Source: Gemmatimonadaceae bacterium
Lineage (GTDB): Bacteria; Gemmatimonadota; Gemmatimonadetes; Gemmatimonadales; Gemmatimonadaceae
Assembly (NCBI GenBank): GCA_051859245.1
Contig: JBHYGA010000001.1
Span: 1,085,622 to 1,149,621 of the forward strand
Direction: 5' to 3'
DNA length: 64,000 nucleotides
Below the pieces are notes generated by a model, which saw nothing but the letters and a program-made list of their open reading frames with translations, did no database searches and had not been told where the DNA came from. Shown one piece after another: positions 63,723 to 64,000 of this stretch; position 1 is the first letter of the stretch, and each line of letters begins with the position of its first letter. A program made the position numbers and the translations under genes.

Positions 63723-63912
63723 TAATACGGCGCCCGCAACGGTAGGTGCGGTCGCCGATCTGTATCTGGGCAACATCCTCTTTGCGATTGAACGCTGCGC
63801 CATGGCGTTCGACGAAGAACAAAAAGAGGAAGAGGCCGCGTTCTATCGCGGCATTGCGAGAAAACTCGCCGAAGCGCGCGCTGCGGATCGCAGTGCGTCG
63901 ACGCAGCGCTAG
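63715..63912 (+). CDS. Small hypothetical protein
   Basis: 65-aa helical ORF overlapping the PP2C stop. Confidence 0.6.
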   Translation: MADNTAPATVGAVADLYLGNILFAIERCAMAFDEEQKEEEAAFYRGIARKLAEARAADRSASTQR

Positions 63913-63930
63913 CCTCGACAGCGCTCGTCG

Positions 63931-64000
63931 CTTCGGCGTTAGCCTCTTCGGCGTTAGCCTCTTCGGCGTTAGCCTCTTCGGCGTTAGCCTCTTCGGCGTT
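63931..64000. repeat. 15-bp tandem repeat CTTCGGCGTTAGCCT, at least 4.7 copies, running off the window
   Basis: Direct reading of sequence. Confidence 0.95.

Noticed and set aside
63931..64000. CRISPR array (also considered for 27541-27615)
   Set aside because: Contiguous 15-mers without spacers; no cas genes

Overview
High-GC bacterial chromosomal window. Gene content (barrel-less plug-domain proteins, Zn-ribbon Ser/Thr kinase, CBM48-like gene) suggests Gemmatimonadota; this is inference only. Most of it is housekeeping and envelope genes: a 7-gene aminobenzoyl/salicylyl-CoA (abm-like) catabolic operon with MarR, ffh-rpsP-rimM-trmD, rplS-rnhB, Cry-DASH, MATE, prolyl oligopeptidase, peptidoglycan enzymes, thiM with a two-component system, moaC, holB, a metX-hom fusion, purEK, arginase, a type IV minor pilin cluster, uvrA, an ABC exporter, PP2C, tRNA-Lys(TTT) and tRNA-Asn(GTT). 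No CRISPR array, rRNA, integrase or transposase was seen. Two loci stand out. (1) At 10.5-13.4 kb, a DsbA-like oxidase, a secreted 8-Cys peptide and two duplicated plug-domain proteins form a cassette; a (GAGCAGGC)4 tract puts the best-supported DsbA start out of frame, a candidate phase-variation switch now OFF. (2) The ~390-nt leader of metX-hom stacks an unrecognised terminator/antiterminator element, a SAM-II riboswitch, switchable hairpins and a uORF whose stop overlaps an in-frame GTG of metX. All calls come from reading motifs by eye; no searches were run.
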